A stretch of DNA of 36,021 nt, from positions 1-36,021 of the forward strand of contig JAUCBJ010001292.1 in the NCBI GenBank assembly GCA_032718475.1, in the 5' to 3' direction. The stretch is from Nemertoderma westbladi (taxonomy: Eukaryota > Animalia > Xenacoelomorpha). Position numbers and translations under genes: made by a program. The number at the start of each line of letters is the position of its first letter. The stretch's first letter is position 1. The notes beneath the pieces were generated by a model. It was given only the letters and a program-made list of their open reading frames with translations. It searched no databases and was not told the DNA's origin. Positions 1 to 9,631 of the stretch are shown piece after piece.

Positions 1-691
1 AAAATCGTAATTTTGAAAAATAATCAGTGAAAAATTAAAAAGAAATTTAATTAATTAATTTAATTTACCCGGTAGGGTAGGCTACTTACAAAAACTTATA
101 AAATTACAAAATATAAGTTACTAATAGGCCTAAGTTTATTATTTTTCTATGAAAAATTTCAAAATCTTTAAAAATTTTCGAAATTATTTTCAAAATTGAT
201 ATCAAAAATTCAAAAACAAAAGTTATATTTGCATGCATTAGTACTATAATGTATCAAAACATGTGAAAATGTTGAATAGAATTGTTAAACGAATTATTCA
301 ATTCTAATTCAATCAATTTGTATGTGCTGGTAATTAAATTCTGTACCGTGTCGCGTACCAGTACGTACTGTAATTAGAATTGTATTCTGACAATATTTCT
401 GAGTCATAATTTTATGAACTTTTGAAATTTTCTATTGTTGATTCTGTGATTTACAGTTTGCATTTGGACCTGTTGACCTGTACAGTACACGCCGCAATTG
501 TCAGATTCAGGTTGTACAGCTTGCAGCGTTATGCGTTAAGAGTAGACTAGTCAGCTAGTAGAGTACTGCAGTCAGGCAGTACTGATCTGAGTAACTGTGA
601 CTGGGCGATATATGTCAATCTCCGGAGCCAACCACTAAATACTGCAGTACACTGATGTGTTCGTGGTGTGTGTTGGATAGGCCTAAAGAAG

Positions 692-1108
692 ATGATATCG
701 GTTTCTGATTATCAGAAGATTGGCATTGGTTTATCAGGATTTGGAGTGACTTTTCTATTTCTAGGTGTTTTATTTTTCTTTGATAAAGGATTGCTTGCCA
801 TCGGCAATATACTATTCCTTACAGGTTTGGCGTTTATAATTGGTTTGGAGCGAACTTTTAGATTCTTCTTTCAACGCCATAAGTGGAAGGGAACACTCTT
901 GTTTTTTGGTGGAATACTAATTGTACTGGTTGGTTGGCCCTTGATTGGTATGATCATAGAAACATACGGCTTCGTATTACTTTTTAGTGGATTTTTCCCC
1001 GTTGTTATCAATTTCATGAGGCAAATCCCGGGACTAAGCATTTTGTTCAACTTGCCGTTTATAAGTCGTTTAATTATTCAACTAGAAAATAAAAATTCTA
1101 TGGTATAA
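692..1108 (+). CDS. GOLT1B: Vesicle transport protein GOT1/GOLT1, 138 aa, intronless
   Basis: From ATG 692: MISVSDYQKIGIGLSGFGVTFLFLG...FDKGLLAIGN...IGLERTFRFFFQ...GWPLIGM...GFFP...NSMV. Colinear end to end with the GOT1/GOLT1B family. The ORF-track GTG start at 668 is not the real start. Confidence 0.95.
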   Translation: MISVSDYQKIGIGLSGFGVTFLFLGVLFFFDKGLLAIGNILFLTGLAFIIGLERTFRFFFQRHKWKGTLLFFGGILIVLVGWPLIGMIIETYGFVLLFSGFFPVVINFMRQIPGLSILFNLPFISRLIIQLENKNSMV

Positions 1109-1158
1109 ACTCTGTATTTTTTATAACACATACCTGCATACTGGTACATAGTTGCACA

Positions 1159-3969
1159 ATGCCAAAACGTTATGGAAACCTCTCTTTTGATAACAAACTC
1201 GCTCATAGAATTAATTTACTAAGTGGGAATAGTCTTGATGTTAACGACATCGCTGACATACTCAGAGATAAATACCCCTTCGACTATGGGAGAAGGAAAT
1301 TTGGAGCATTTCGTTCTCTGGTCGCCAGAGTTTGTCTCCATGGCCACGAAGGCTCACAACCGCAAAGCGCCGAATTTAATGGCGCCAGAAACACCGGTAA
1401 ATTCATCGACCGTTATTTCGATGACTCCGGACCTCCTAATCCAACCGAAACAAATACTACGCAATCGAACACGCAGGCTACCGCTAATGAAAATAACTGG
1501 CAACATATATACGATTTACCTCAACATGTTCTAGTTTCTTCTATGTCTAATGAAACCAACGCGAACTATAACTCGGGCAACCAAAATAGTAATGTTACGA
1601 TGGAAACCCGTGGCCTTAAGGTACCAATGAATGAGTCGCGAGCTGTAGTCAATAACAGATCGAAAGTTGAATCGCGGAAACGATACAAACAGTCCAGGGA
1701 AAGTAAGAACAAAAAGTTTAAACAGTCAAAATCTCCCCCGGACGCGGACAGTGGTTCCTTTACGGACAGCCGTAGAACTCCGGGCAGTCCAACCCCGGAC
1801 GCGGACAGCCATATAGCTCATGGAAACCGCACTTCCCCGGATGGCGTTCCAGAGTTTCGCTTTTCTGACCTCGCAGGCATCGATGACGTTGTCACCAGTT
1901 TGGGCCGATTGTTGGTCCACATGGCGCATCCGGAGGTCTACGACAGTCTGGGGATTGTGGCGCCGCGGGGGCTACTCCTCCACGGGCCGCCAGGCTGCGG
2001 GAAGACGCTGCTGGCGCAAGCCATCGCTGGCGAACTGGGCGTGGTCTGCGTGCGACGCGCAGCGCCCGAGTTGGTCGGGGGTTTGAGCGGCGAGTCGGAA
2101 CGACTCATCCGCGAACTCTTTCTCGCCGCAAAGGAAGTCGCGCCCTCGTTGCTGTTTATCGACGAGATCGACTCAATAGCGCCGCGTCGTGAAGCCGCAG
2201 ATCGCTCCATGGAGCGACGGATCGTCTCCCAGTTGGTGACCTGTCTGGACGAGTTGCCTAGGAACGTGGTGGTTGTCGGGGCGACCAACCGTCCGGAGGC
2301 GTTGGACCCGGCGTTGCGTCGCGCCGGTAGGTTCGACCGCGAGATTCGCTTGGGGATCCCCGATGGACGCTCACGGGAGGCCATCCTACGGGTTCTCTGT
2401 CGTCGGATTCGCCTTGTCGATGAGTTTAACTTCCCACTCGTCGCCTCGCTAACCCCGGGGTTCGTCGGCGCCGACCTCGCTGCGATCGTCCGGGAAGCTG
2501 CACTGAACGCCGTCAACCGCCTGTTTGCACACCTAGGGTTTACTTTCACTTTCAATTCTGTGCGAAATAAGCTTACAGGGGAGCAAATACCCGGGGGTGA
2601 TGTTGTGGAATTACCTGGAAGTAAAGGGAAGATGCCATACCGGAAAGGGGGGCTTCCCGAGACATCCGAGAGTAAAGGGGAACAACTTGACCTACCCGGA
2701 AGTAAAGGGGAGCAACTTGACCTACCCGAAAGTAAAGGGGAGCTACTTGACTCTTCTGGGAGTACAAGGGAGCAACTAGAACCGCCTGGGAATAAAGGGG
2801 ACCAACTAGATCCGTCTGGGAATAAAGGGGAGCTACTAGACCCACCGGGGAGTACAGGGGAGAAACCGGACCCGCCTGCGAGTGCAGGGGATAACCTAGA
2901 TGCATCTGAGAGTAAAGGGGATCAACTAGTCTCATCTTGGATTGAAGGGGCGCAAGTAAACCCTCATGGGAGTAAAGGGGATCGAATAACCGGTAGTGAA
3001 GAGATTCCCGCCGCGGTTCTATCTCAGCTGTCCGTCTGCGTGTCGGACTTCGAGGCCGTCCTACCGGACATTCAGCCGTCGGCTAAACGGGAGGGATTCG
3101 CCACCGTCCCGGACACCCGTTGGCGAGACATCGGCGCTCTGGGTGGCACGGGATCGGAGCTGCGACTGGCGATCCTCGCCCCGGTACGGAACCCCGCGGC
3201 ATTCCGCTCCTTGGGACTGAGTCATCCACCCGGTATCCTACTGGTCGGACCTCCGGGGTGCGGGAAGACTCTCCTCGCCAAGGCGGTGGCCAACGAGGCC
3301 GGAATCAACTTCATCTCGGTCCGGGGCCCCGAGCTGCTCAACATGTACGTGGGCGAGTCCGAGAGGGCGGTCCGCCAGTGTTTCATACGAGCGAGGAACT
3401 CGTCGCCTTGCGTTATATTCTTCGACGAATTGGATTCGCTGGCTCCAACGAGGAGTTCCGATTCGGCGTCGACTCGCGTCGTCAACCAGCTGCTCACGGA
3501 GTTGGACGGTCTGGAACCGCGGTCCCACGTCTACGTGCTCGCGGCGACCAATAGGCCGGACATTATCGACCCGGCGGTCCTCCGACCCGGACGGATCGAT
3601 AAGATCCTCTACGTCGGTTTCCCGGACGCGGCAGGACGCGTAGATATACTCCGGGCGCTGACCGCGAACGGAACGCGGCCGCGACTCCACGCCGACGTAC
3701 AGCTCGACTCGCTCGCGTCCGACGCGCGAACCGATGGGTTCACCGGAGCGGACCTTGCTGCGCTCGTTCGTGAGGCCTCGGTTGCAGCTCTCCGATCGCG
3801 ACTTCGATTCGATTCGATCGAACACAACGAGCCGATAGTGTGTCCGGACGAGATCGTCGTTTCTATGGCGAACTTTATTGCCGCATTTGATCGGGTTGGC
3901 CCATCTGTTCGTTTAGAAGATCGATTAGGTTATAAGGAAATGGAGAGGAAGTATTCTGTCGGTACTTAG
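1159..3969 (+). CDS. NVL: Nuclear valosin-containing protein-like AAA+ ATPase (NVL/Rix7/smallminded), 936 aa, intronless
   Basis: Two AAA modules, each with Walker A GPPGCGKT; Walker B LLFIDEID and IFFDELD; SRH motifs ATNRP..LDPALRRAGRFD and ATNRPDIIDPAVLRPGRID. NVL-typical N-terminal YGRRK..AFR motif, basic NLS-like RKRYKQSRESKNKKFK, and QPSAKREGFATVPD linker. Confidence 0.95.
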   Translation: MPKRYGNLSFDNKLAHRINLLSGNSLDVNDIADILRDKYPFDYGRRKFGAFRSLVARVCLHGHEGSQPQSAEFNGARNTGKFIDRYFDDSGPPNPTETNTTQSNTQATANENNWQHIYDLPQHVLVSSMSNETNANYNSGNQNSNVTMETRGLKVPMNESRAVVNNRSKVESRKRYKQSRESKNKKFKQSKSPPDADSGSFTDSRRTPGSPTPDADSHIAHGNRTSPDGVPEFRFSDLAGIDDVVTSLGRLLVHMAHPEVYDSLGIVAPRGLLLHGPPGCGKTLLAQAIAGELGVVCVRRAAPELVGGLSGESERLIRELFLAAKEVAPSLLFIDEIDSIAPRREAADRSMERRIVSQLVTCLDELPRNVVVVGATNRPEALDPALRRAGRFDREIRLGIPDGRSREAILRVLCRRIRLVDEFNFPLVASLTPGFVGADLAAIVREAALNAVNRLFAHLGFTFTFNSVRNKLTGEQIPGGDVVELPGSKGKMPYRKGGLPETSESKGEQLDLPGSKGEQLDLPESKGELLDSSGSTREQLEPPGNKGDQLDPSGNKGELLDPPGSTGEKPDPPASAGDNLDASESKGDQLVSSWIEGAQVNPHGSKGDRITGSEEIPAAVLSQLSVCVSDFEAVLPDIQPSAKREGFATVPDTRWRDIGALGGTGSELRLAILAPVRNPAAFRSLGLSHPPGILLVGPPGCGKTLLAKAVANEAGINFISVRGPELLNMYVGESERAVRQCFIRARNSSPCVIFFDELDSLAPTRSSDSASTRVVNQLLTELDGLEPRSHVYVLAATNRPDIIDPAVLRPGRIDKILYVGFPDAAGRVDILRALTANGTRPRLHADVQLDSLASDARTDGFTGADLAALVREASVAALRSRLRFDSIEHNEPIVCPDEIVVSMANFIAAFDRVGPSVRLEDRLGYKEMERKYSVGT
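2671..2995 (+). repeat. In-frame 30-bp coding minisatellite (~11 units, consensus peptide SKGEQLDxPG) inside NVL
   Basis: agtaaaggggagcaacttgacctacccgga-like units start at 2671, 2701, 2731 ... 2971; degenerate copies extend back to ~2575. Confidence 0.9.
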
Positions 3970-4756
3970 TAATCTGGTTAATCGTTTTTTGGGTTAAATG
4001 GTTCTAATTTTAGATGTTGGGTAAAATGATATGTCGAAATGTTATGAAATGTTATTTTTCTGAGCCTTGAATCAATTAATATTAATATCTGTCTCAGTTG
4101 TTTTGGTATTCGTTATTTTTTATGAAACATTATAACTGCCAGATTTTTAGCAAGCTATAATGGTTTCTTATAAACTTAGTGAGGAAGTTATCAAACTCCT
4201 GTTCTATTTGCCCTTATTATCCGCAACTACTTTCCATTTACTTAATGTGTATTATAATGTAGCACTTTATTGGATTAGAATACGAGTCTGTAATGTTAGG
4301 ATGGAGGTGAGTTTTATAACCCTAGAAAGTATATGAACTCCATGCCATGATATGGTATTATTTTAATCGAAAATAAAGCTTTTATTCACGACACGAAGAT
4401 AAAGTTTACATTATTTTTTCCAAAGTTTTATTTCCCCTCAAACTGCTTAGCCCAAGGCGTACATGGGTTCAACATATTATTGGCGTATTGGGATTAATCT
4501 AAGAAACATTTTATGGTATCCAAAGACTAATCAACAGCCTAAAACATACTTTAATATATCGGAGCAAACCCCACTATAATACATTGTCGATTTGGGGACT
4601 TTACGCAAATCCTATCTCGTCGAATTAATATCTCGTATAAATGTTAAATTATCTATTAAAGGAAATGGTATACATGGTTACGGTTTTATTTTTGGGAGTA
4701 ATCAGTTGTTATTTGCGTCGATTTTCCCCAGGTTGAATTTTTATTGCGGCGAAAAT

Positions 4757-4780
4757 CCCCCCCCCCCCCCCCCCCCCCCC
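4757..4780. repeat. Poly-C tract (C24); other tracts at 5021-5037 (C17) and 12926-12945 (G20)
   Basis: Directly visible homopolymers. Confidence 0.9.
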
Positions 4781-5229
4781 GACAACCCAATTAATTTTAT
4801 AAATATTGTACGCTCCTATTTCATCATGAACTCTGCGTACTGTAACCTAGTTTATGACCATCTATGGGTCTAAGGTTTTCGTTTCATTCTCCACAAACAA
4901 AATACCAATAATTATCAAAGGATCCGGTGACGTCTAATAGTGTTAACAGTTTAATTTGAGAAATACACCAATTGGCTTGAAGCAGGGTCTGAAAGGGGTG
5001 TGGGCGTGGGGGTAACCGTACCCCCCCCCCCCCCCCCACTCCCTGAAAAGCGCTGAAAAGCGCTTAGAGAGATCTCTTTTAGTTCTCAGACAATCGACCG
5101 ACAGACTAAATTACAACCAATATTAAAACTGACATCAGATGATCAGAAGAAATGAAATCAGCGACGCCGAAAACCCCCGTAAATATAATTTTTGCTCGGT
5201 GGTGGGCTCCTTCCAATTAGACACTATTA

Positions 5230-5785
5230 ATCAATCAGACCCCATGTGGGTAGTTTTGCGCGGGAAGTTTGAAATTTGAAGGCAATTATCTCTGAATGAC
5301 ATTTTTTTCACACGAAAGATACTCCTCCGCCATTCTTAACCGTTTTTTTTGCAATTTTTGATTTATATGAAAAAAAGGTCATTTCATAAGCTTCAATAAA
5401 TTTCGGCCAGTTTTCTTGATTTTCATAATAGGCCTATTTCCCCATTTTTTAAATAAAAAAATTAGGAAAAAACACTGATTTTTCATTTTTTTGTACAAAA
5501 TTGCCAATTATCAGAATTAGAAAATGAAAATACAAAAAGTGGCCGAAAAATATTATAAAAATGAACATATGCTGGTTCCATAAAATGTGGTATCGAAATA
5601 TAAAAATGGAAAATAACAGGAGGGAGTAGTCTTTTTAGCGAAATTTTTTACATCTCAGGCCAGCCGCTAGGGGGCGCTGTATGTGTCTATAAGCACATAC
5701 AGTTGGCTAAATTGTAGAACCGGTACAGGTGGATGTGAATCAATGGAAACTGAAATTTATCCCGCTAGTAGACCGATCGGTTTCA
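5230..5785. mobile_element. Decayed non-autonomous DNA transposon remnant
   Basis: Shares the CCGCTAGRKGGCGCTG motif and general sequence style with the TTAA MITE at 24464-25173. No intact ends found; boundaries approximate. Confidence 0.35.
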
Positions 5786-7398
5786 GGCAGCCTAAAGGAT
5801 AATTGATTTTTCCTTAATTTCCCGACATTAGAATGCTGCCGTCACAAGGCGGACCTAACTCAGGTAAATATTTCGCTACCTACCCGGTATTTAGAACATT
5901 AACTGCTCCGCGGTATTAACTTTCGCTCCTGAAATTTCTCCAAGGCCTTTCAAAGAAACTGGTCAAACCCAGAGCGCGCCTACTACTGTATACAGAAGAA
6001 TGTATCATTACATTTCGGGCTGTTTCCCGAAATATACTCCTATAATTATATTAGTTTACTTAGAAAAGGGTCCTTCTAAAATTTAAACACATCAGTTTGT
6101 TGTAATTGTATACCGTACACATACTGTATGAGTTTGTGAGGTAAACTAAACTAAAGGTGACCGTAGTTGATTGTCTTAATTTCGCGCGTTTATATTTTTT
6201 CCCCTAAATTTTTCACCCCTTTACCTAGAGATACCCCCTCCAGCGCCGTTTCTACTGTAGTTTAGTGACTGTTGGAGATGAGTGTGTATTATACCTTACA
6301 CAATGAAATATGAACTACAAAACAAAGACCCAAATAATAAAGACCTGTACAAAACACATGTGCTAACTTTCGTTTATTGCTTTGGTTCCACCAACACGCC
6401 TCTGTAACCTGCTCCTTTACTAACCTGCTCCTTTAAATGGCAATGTGACCTAACATTCTATGGCAATGTGACTTATGCGCTCTTTGGGACCTAACGCTCT
6501 TTGGGACGTAACCCGCTTTGTTTTGTATAGGTCCCAAAGAGCGTTAGGTGCCATTGCATTTAAAGGAGCAGTACAGTAAAGGAGCATGTTACAGAGGCGT
6601 GTTGGGGGAACCAAAACAATAAACGAAAGTTAACACAAAATGTTACAATATTATGCAGGTCTTTATTATTTGGGTCTTTGTTTTGTAGTCACCCATTAAC
6701 TTAGTGGTACTTATGTCAAATAGGATATCTGCTAATCCTGAAATGTACAGTAGCAGGTGCGATAACAATGGCCAACTTAGTATGCTTTGTGCCATCCGTA
6801 GATTATTGGTGTCCTCACCAGTTACACTTACAGTATACGCAGTAGCTTGGACTCCCAGATATGAGAAATTCCGCTAAATGCCTTAGATTACAAGTTAGGC
6901 AGCCTAAAGGATAATTGATTTTTCCTTGATTTCCCGACATTAGAATGCTGCCGTCACAAGGCGGACCTAACTCAGGTAGATATTTCGGTACTATGAGTTT
7001 GTTAGGTAAACTAAACTAAAGGTGACTGAGGTTGAATGTCTAATTTCGCGCGTTTATATTTTTTCCTCTACATTTTTCGCCCCTTTACCTAGAGATCCCC
7101 CCCTCCAGCGCCGTTCTAGTTTAGTGACTGTTGGAGATGAATGTGTATTATACTTTAGACAATGAAATATCAACTTAGGGGTGACTACAAAACAAAGACC
7201 CAAGACACAAATAAAAAAGACCTGTACATGTGTACAACACACATGTGCTAACTTTCGTTTATTGCTTTGGTTCCACCAACACGCCTCTGTAACCTGCTCC
7301 TTTACTAACCTGTTCCTTTAAATGGCAATGTGACCTAACATTCTATGGTAATGTGACAAAAGCGCTCTTTGGGACCTAACCGCTCTTTGGGACCTAAC
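5785..7398. repeat. Local direct duplication: 5785-6512 is repeated at 6897-7398, the second copy lacking ~5880-6126
   Basis: Near-identical blocks aggcagcctaaaggataattg...actcaggta and tatgagtttg...cgctctttgggacctaac occur in both copies. Confidence 0.9.
6314..6694. mobile_element. Palindromic (foldback/MULE-type) MITE with ~170-200-bp inverted arms
   Basis: 6314-6512 is the diverged reverse complement of 6528-6694. The duplicate copy keeps the intact left end (atcaactta|ggggtgactac, ~7168-7188), matching the right end gtagtcaccc|attaactta. This gives a 9-bp TSD with one mismatch. Confidence 0.7.
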
Positions 7399-7509
7399 TT
7401 ACATTTTTCGCTTATGACACATGTCCTGTATACTATATCATAATCCCTGAATTTTCACTGATTTGTCTTATTTTTACAAGAATACCCTGACATATTTGCC
7501 TGGCATTCC

Positions 7510-7566
7510 AGCGCCCCCGGGTGAGTGCGCCCGGGGGAACATCCCCCCCCCCTCGCTACGCCTCTG
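7510..7566 (-). mobile_element. Single hAT-type MITE terminus
   Basis: Reverse complement reads cagaggcgtagcgaggggggggg..., resembling the common CAG(T/A)GGCGTAGC hAT-MITE end. No partner end seen. Confidence 0.35.
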
Positions 7567-8292
7567 TCCGCGTGGGCGAAGTAATGCCATACAAGGTCAT
7601 CGTACTGTATCATGACGTCCGACTTAACTAAACTGACTGGTAAAACTGTGTCTGTATGAATATCATCACACAATTAGGCCGGCCTAATGCTGTAATGTAA
7701 AACGGTCACGGGTGAAAGGTAATTGACCAGACAACTAACCATTGCTGCATTGCTTTCGTGCTTTGTACCGATAAAGTAGTCCTGTAGTCAAGAAGGCCTA
7801 CATTCGGACATACACTGCTACTACTGTACTACAGTTTTGCAGTTAGGCCTATGTATACAGGTATATTCAGATATTATTTTGGTTAGCGTTAGTTCAGTTA
7901 GTTAGTCAGTCTGCAGTCCTAGTTAAAATTATCATGTTCGCTGAACCCGAAGTCATACTGTCCTAGGCCTACTGGCCTACTCAAAGAGAATTTGCTTAAT
8001 TTCGATTGGCGAACATTGGCTTGAAGGCCGAAGAGCCAATTTCAGAATTGTATAGGCCCTACAATAGGCCTACATCAGTTCCTAATAACTAGGCCTATAC
8101 CATTCCATTACACTCATTACAGTAGGTCTTACACCCCAGTTCGATGTATTAATTATTACTGTATTACGATACCTTATCGGTCTCTGTCCTATACTACTGC
8201 TGTACTGTACTATGTAATAGGCCTAATGCTATATTCAGATATTGTCAGATTGTAGGCAGTCCAGTAGCTGAGTAGGCTATGTTATCGGTACG

Positions 8293-8535
8293 ATGAATGG
8301 GGACAATGAACCGTGGTGTATTAGTGGTAACCTAGTTGATGTTCAGTGGAAGTTTGGTATCGTAGCGTCTAGCAGCGAATGTCAGAAGGTCGGCTCCTGT
8401 TACATCCAACTGAAACTTTGTGTCACCAAGGATAATAAACTAGATTACGTATTTATGGAATTAAATATGGAACAATTCTATGAGTTGCTACATGGATTAG
8501 AGAAATGCAAAAAGAGTTTAGATGCTTTGAATTAA
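8293..8535 (+). CDS. COMMD7: COMM domain protein, COMMD7-like, COMM domain only (80 aa)
   Basis: LVDVQWKFGIVASSSECQKVGSCYIQLKL...VFMELNMEQFYELLHGLEK matches the COMMD7 C-terminal domain (WKFG...SSE..KVGS...QLKL...EL...QFY..LH..E) better than COMMD6. In-frame TGA at 8269-8271 upstream. Confidence 0.8.
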   Translation: MNGDNEPWCISGNLVDVQWKFGIVASSSECQKVGSCYIQLKLCVTKDNKLDYVFMELNMEQFYELLHGLEKCKKSLDALN

Positions 8536-8714
8536 GTTCGTTGCAGCGACTTTGTTGGGATTACATTTTATAAGATTATTTATTGTCGAACAATTAATAG
8601 GGCCTACAAAAATAGGCTTGTATGATTTGAATATTTAACTATTAATTATTATATTGAATATTTATACTTTAACTAGAACAGCATTAGTTCTACCATTTAT
8701 CACGGCTAGTTAAT

Positions 8715-9068
8715 ATGGCTTCCGTTTCTTCCTCAACCTACGCTTACGAACCGATGCCATTATTTGGAGATGAGTCGCCACACGAAAGGGCTATTAATCT
8801 CGGGGTTGGAATCCTAACAACTGTATTCGTTATTATCACATTAATTTGCGCTTTTATCTTCCCTAAATGGCCTCCAGATATATACAATATATTCCTGGCC
8901 ATCTGCATTGTTCTAATATGCAGCTCCAACCTGATACTAACATTCTGGTATAGACAGGGTACAGTGGATCCTCGATTTCGTAAACTAATATTTTACAATG
9001 CATTTTGTATTGCTCTATTGTGTATTTGTGCAAATTTGTTCTTTCACAAACTAAGATCGCCTGATTAA
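8715..9068 (+). CDS. TMEM243: Transmembrane protein 243, 117 aa, intronless
   Basis: PLFG..S...R.INL.VG, AF.FP..PP...NIF.A.CI, WYRQG..DP.FRKLI and LCICANL.FH are colinear with TMEM243. Confidence 0.93.
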   Translation: MASVSSSTYAYEPMPLFGDESPHERAINLGVGILTTVFVIITLICAFIFPKWPPDIYNIFLAICIVLICSSNLILTFWYRQGTVDPRFRKLIFYNAFCIALLCICANLFFHKLRSPD

Positions 9069-9180
9069 TATATAAACCTTAAAGATTTATAATTTCCACA
9101 TTTATTTAATTATACTTTGAAAATATACTTTTATGTTCGTGTGGGAAATTGCATTCCAAGTTGGCGTAATTTGTGGCTGT

Positions 9181-9631
9181 GGAAGAGGGGGAATATGTTA
9201 CTGACTGTAGTGATTGTATAGTTGCGGAAGGGGGGGAATATGTTACTGACTGTAGTGATTGTATAGTTGCGGAAGGGGGGGAATATGTTACTGACTGTAG
9301 TGATTGTATAGTTGCGGAAGGGGGGGAATATGTTACTGACTGTAGTGATTGTATAGTTGCGGAAGGGGGGAAAGGGGGGAATATGTTACTGACTGTAGTG
9401 ATTGTATAGTTGCGGAAGGGGGGAAATATGTTACTGACTGTAGTGATTGTATAGTTGCGGAAGGGGGGGAATATGTTACTGACTGTAGTGATTGTATAGT
9501 TGTGGAAGGGGGGGAATATGTTACTGACTGTAGTGATTGTATAGTTGCGGAAGAGGGGGAATATGTTACTGACTGTAGTGATTGTATAGTTGCGGAAGGG
9601 GGGGAATATGTTACTGACTGTAGTGATTGTA
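9181..9631. repeat. 45-bp minisatellite, ~10 copies
   Basis: Unit gaatatgttactgactgtagtgattgtatagttgcggaagggggg; one extra G-rich insertion near 9370. Confidence 0.95.

Noticed and set aside
1223-3827. Numerous overlapping and antisense ORFs within NVL (likewise within VPS36, TMEM168, VPS26C and the CYP)
   Set aside because: Shadow frames of GC-rich real coding sequence; no recognisable motifs.
5855-5900. Spliced-leader RNA gene (cag|gtaaat donor in a repeated unit; also cag|gtaagg at ~29330)
   Set aside because: No convincing Sm site or SL fold, the donor differs in the second copy, and both lie in repeat-derived DNA.
4592-7673. Short ORFs 4592-4873, 7054-7242 and 7455-7673 (also 12903-13118, 27411-27773, 29495-29689)
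   Set aside because: Mostly non-ATG starts, overlapping homopolymers or repeats, with no family similarity.
8293-8535. Calling the 80-aa COMM protein COMMD6 on size
   Set aside because: Diagnostic residues (WKFG, SSE..KVGS, QLKL, QFY..LH) fit COMMD7 better.
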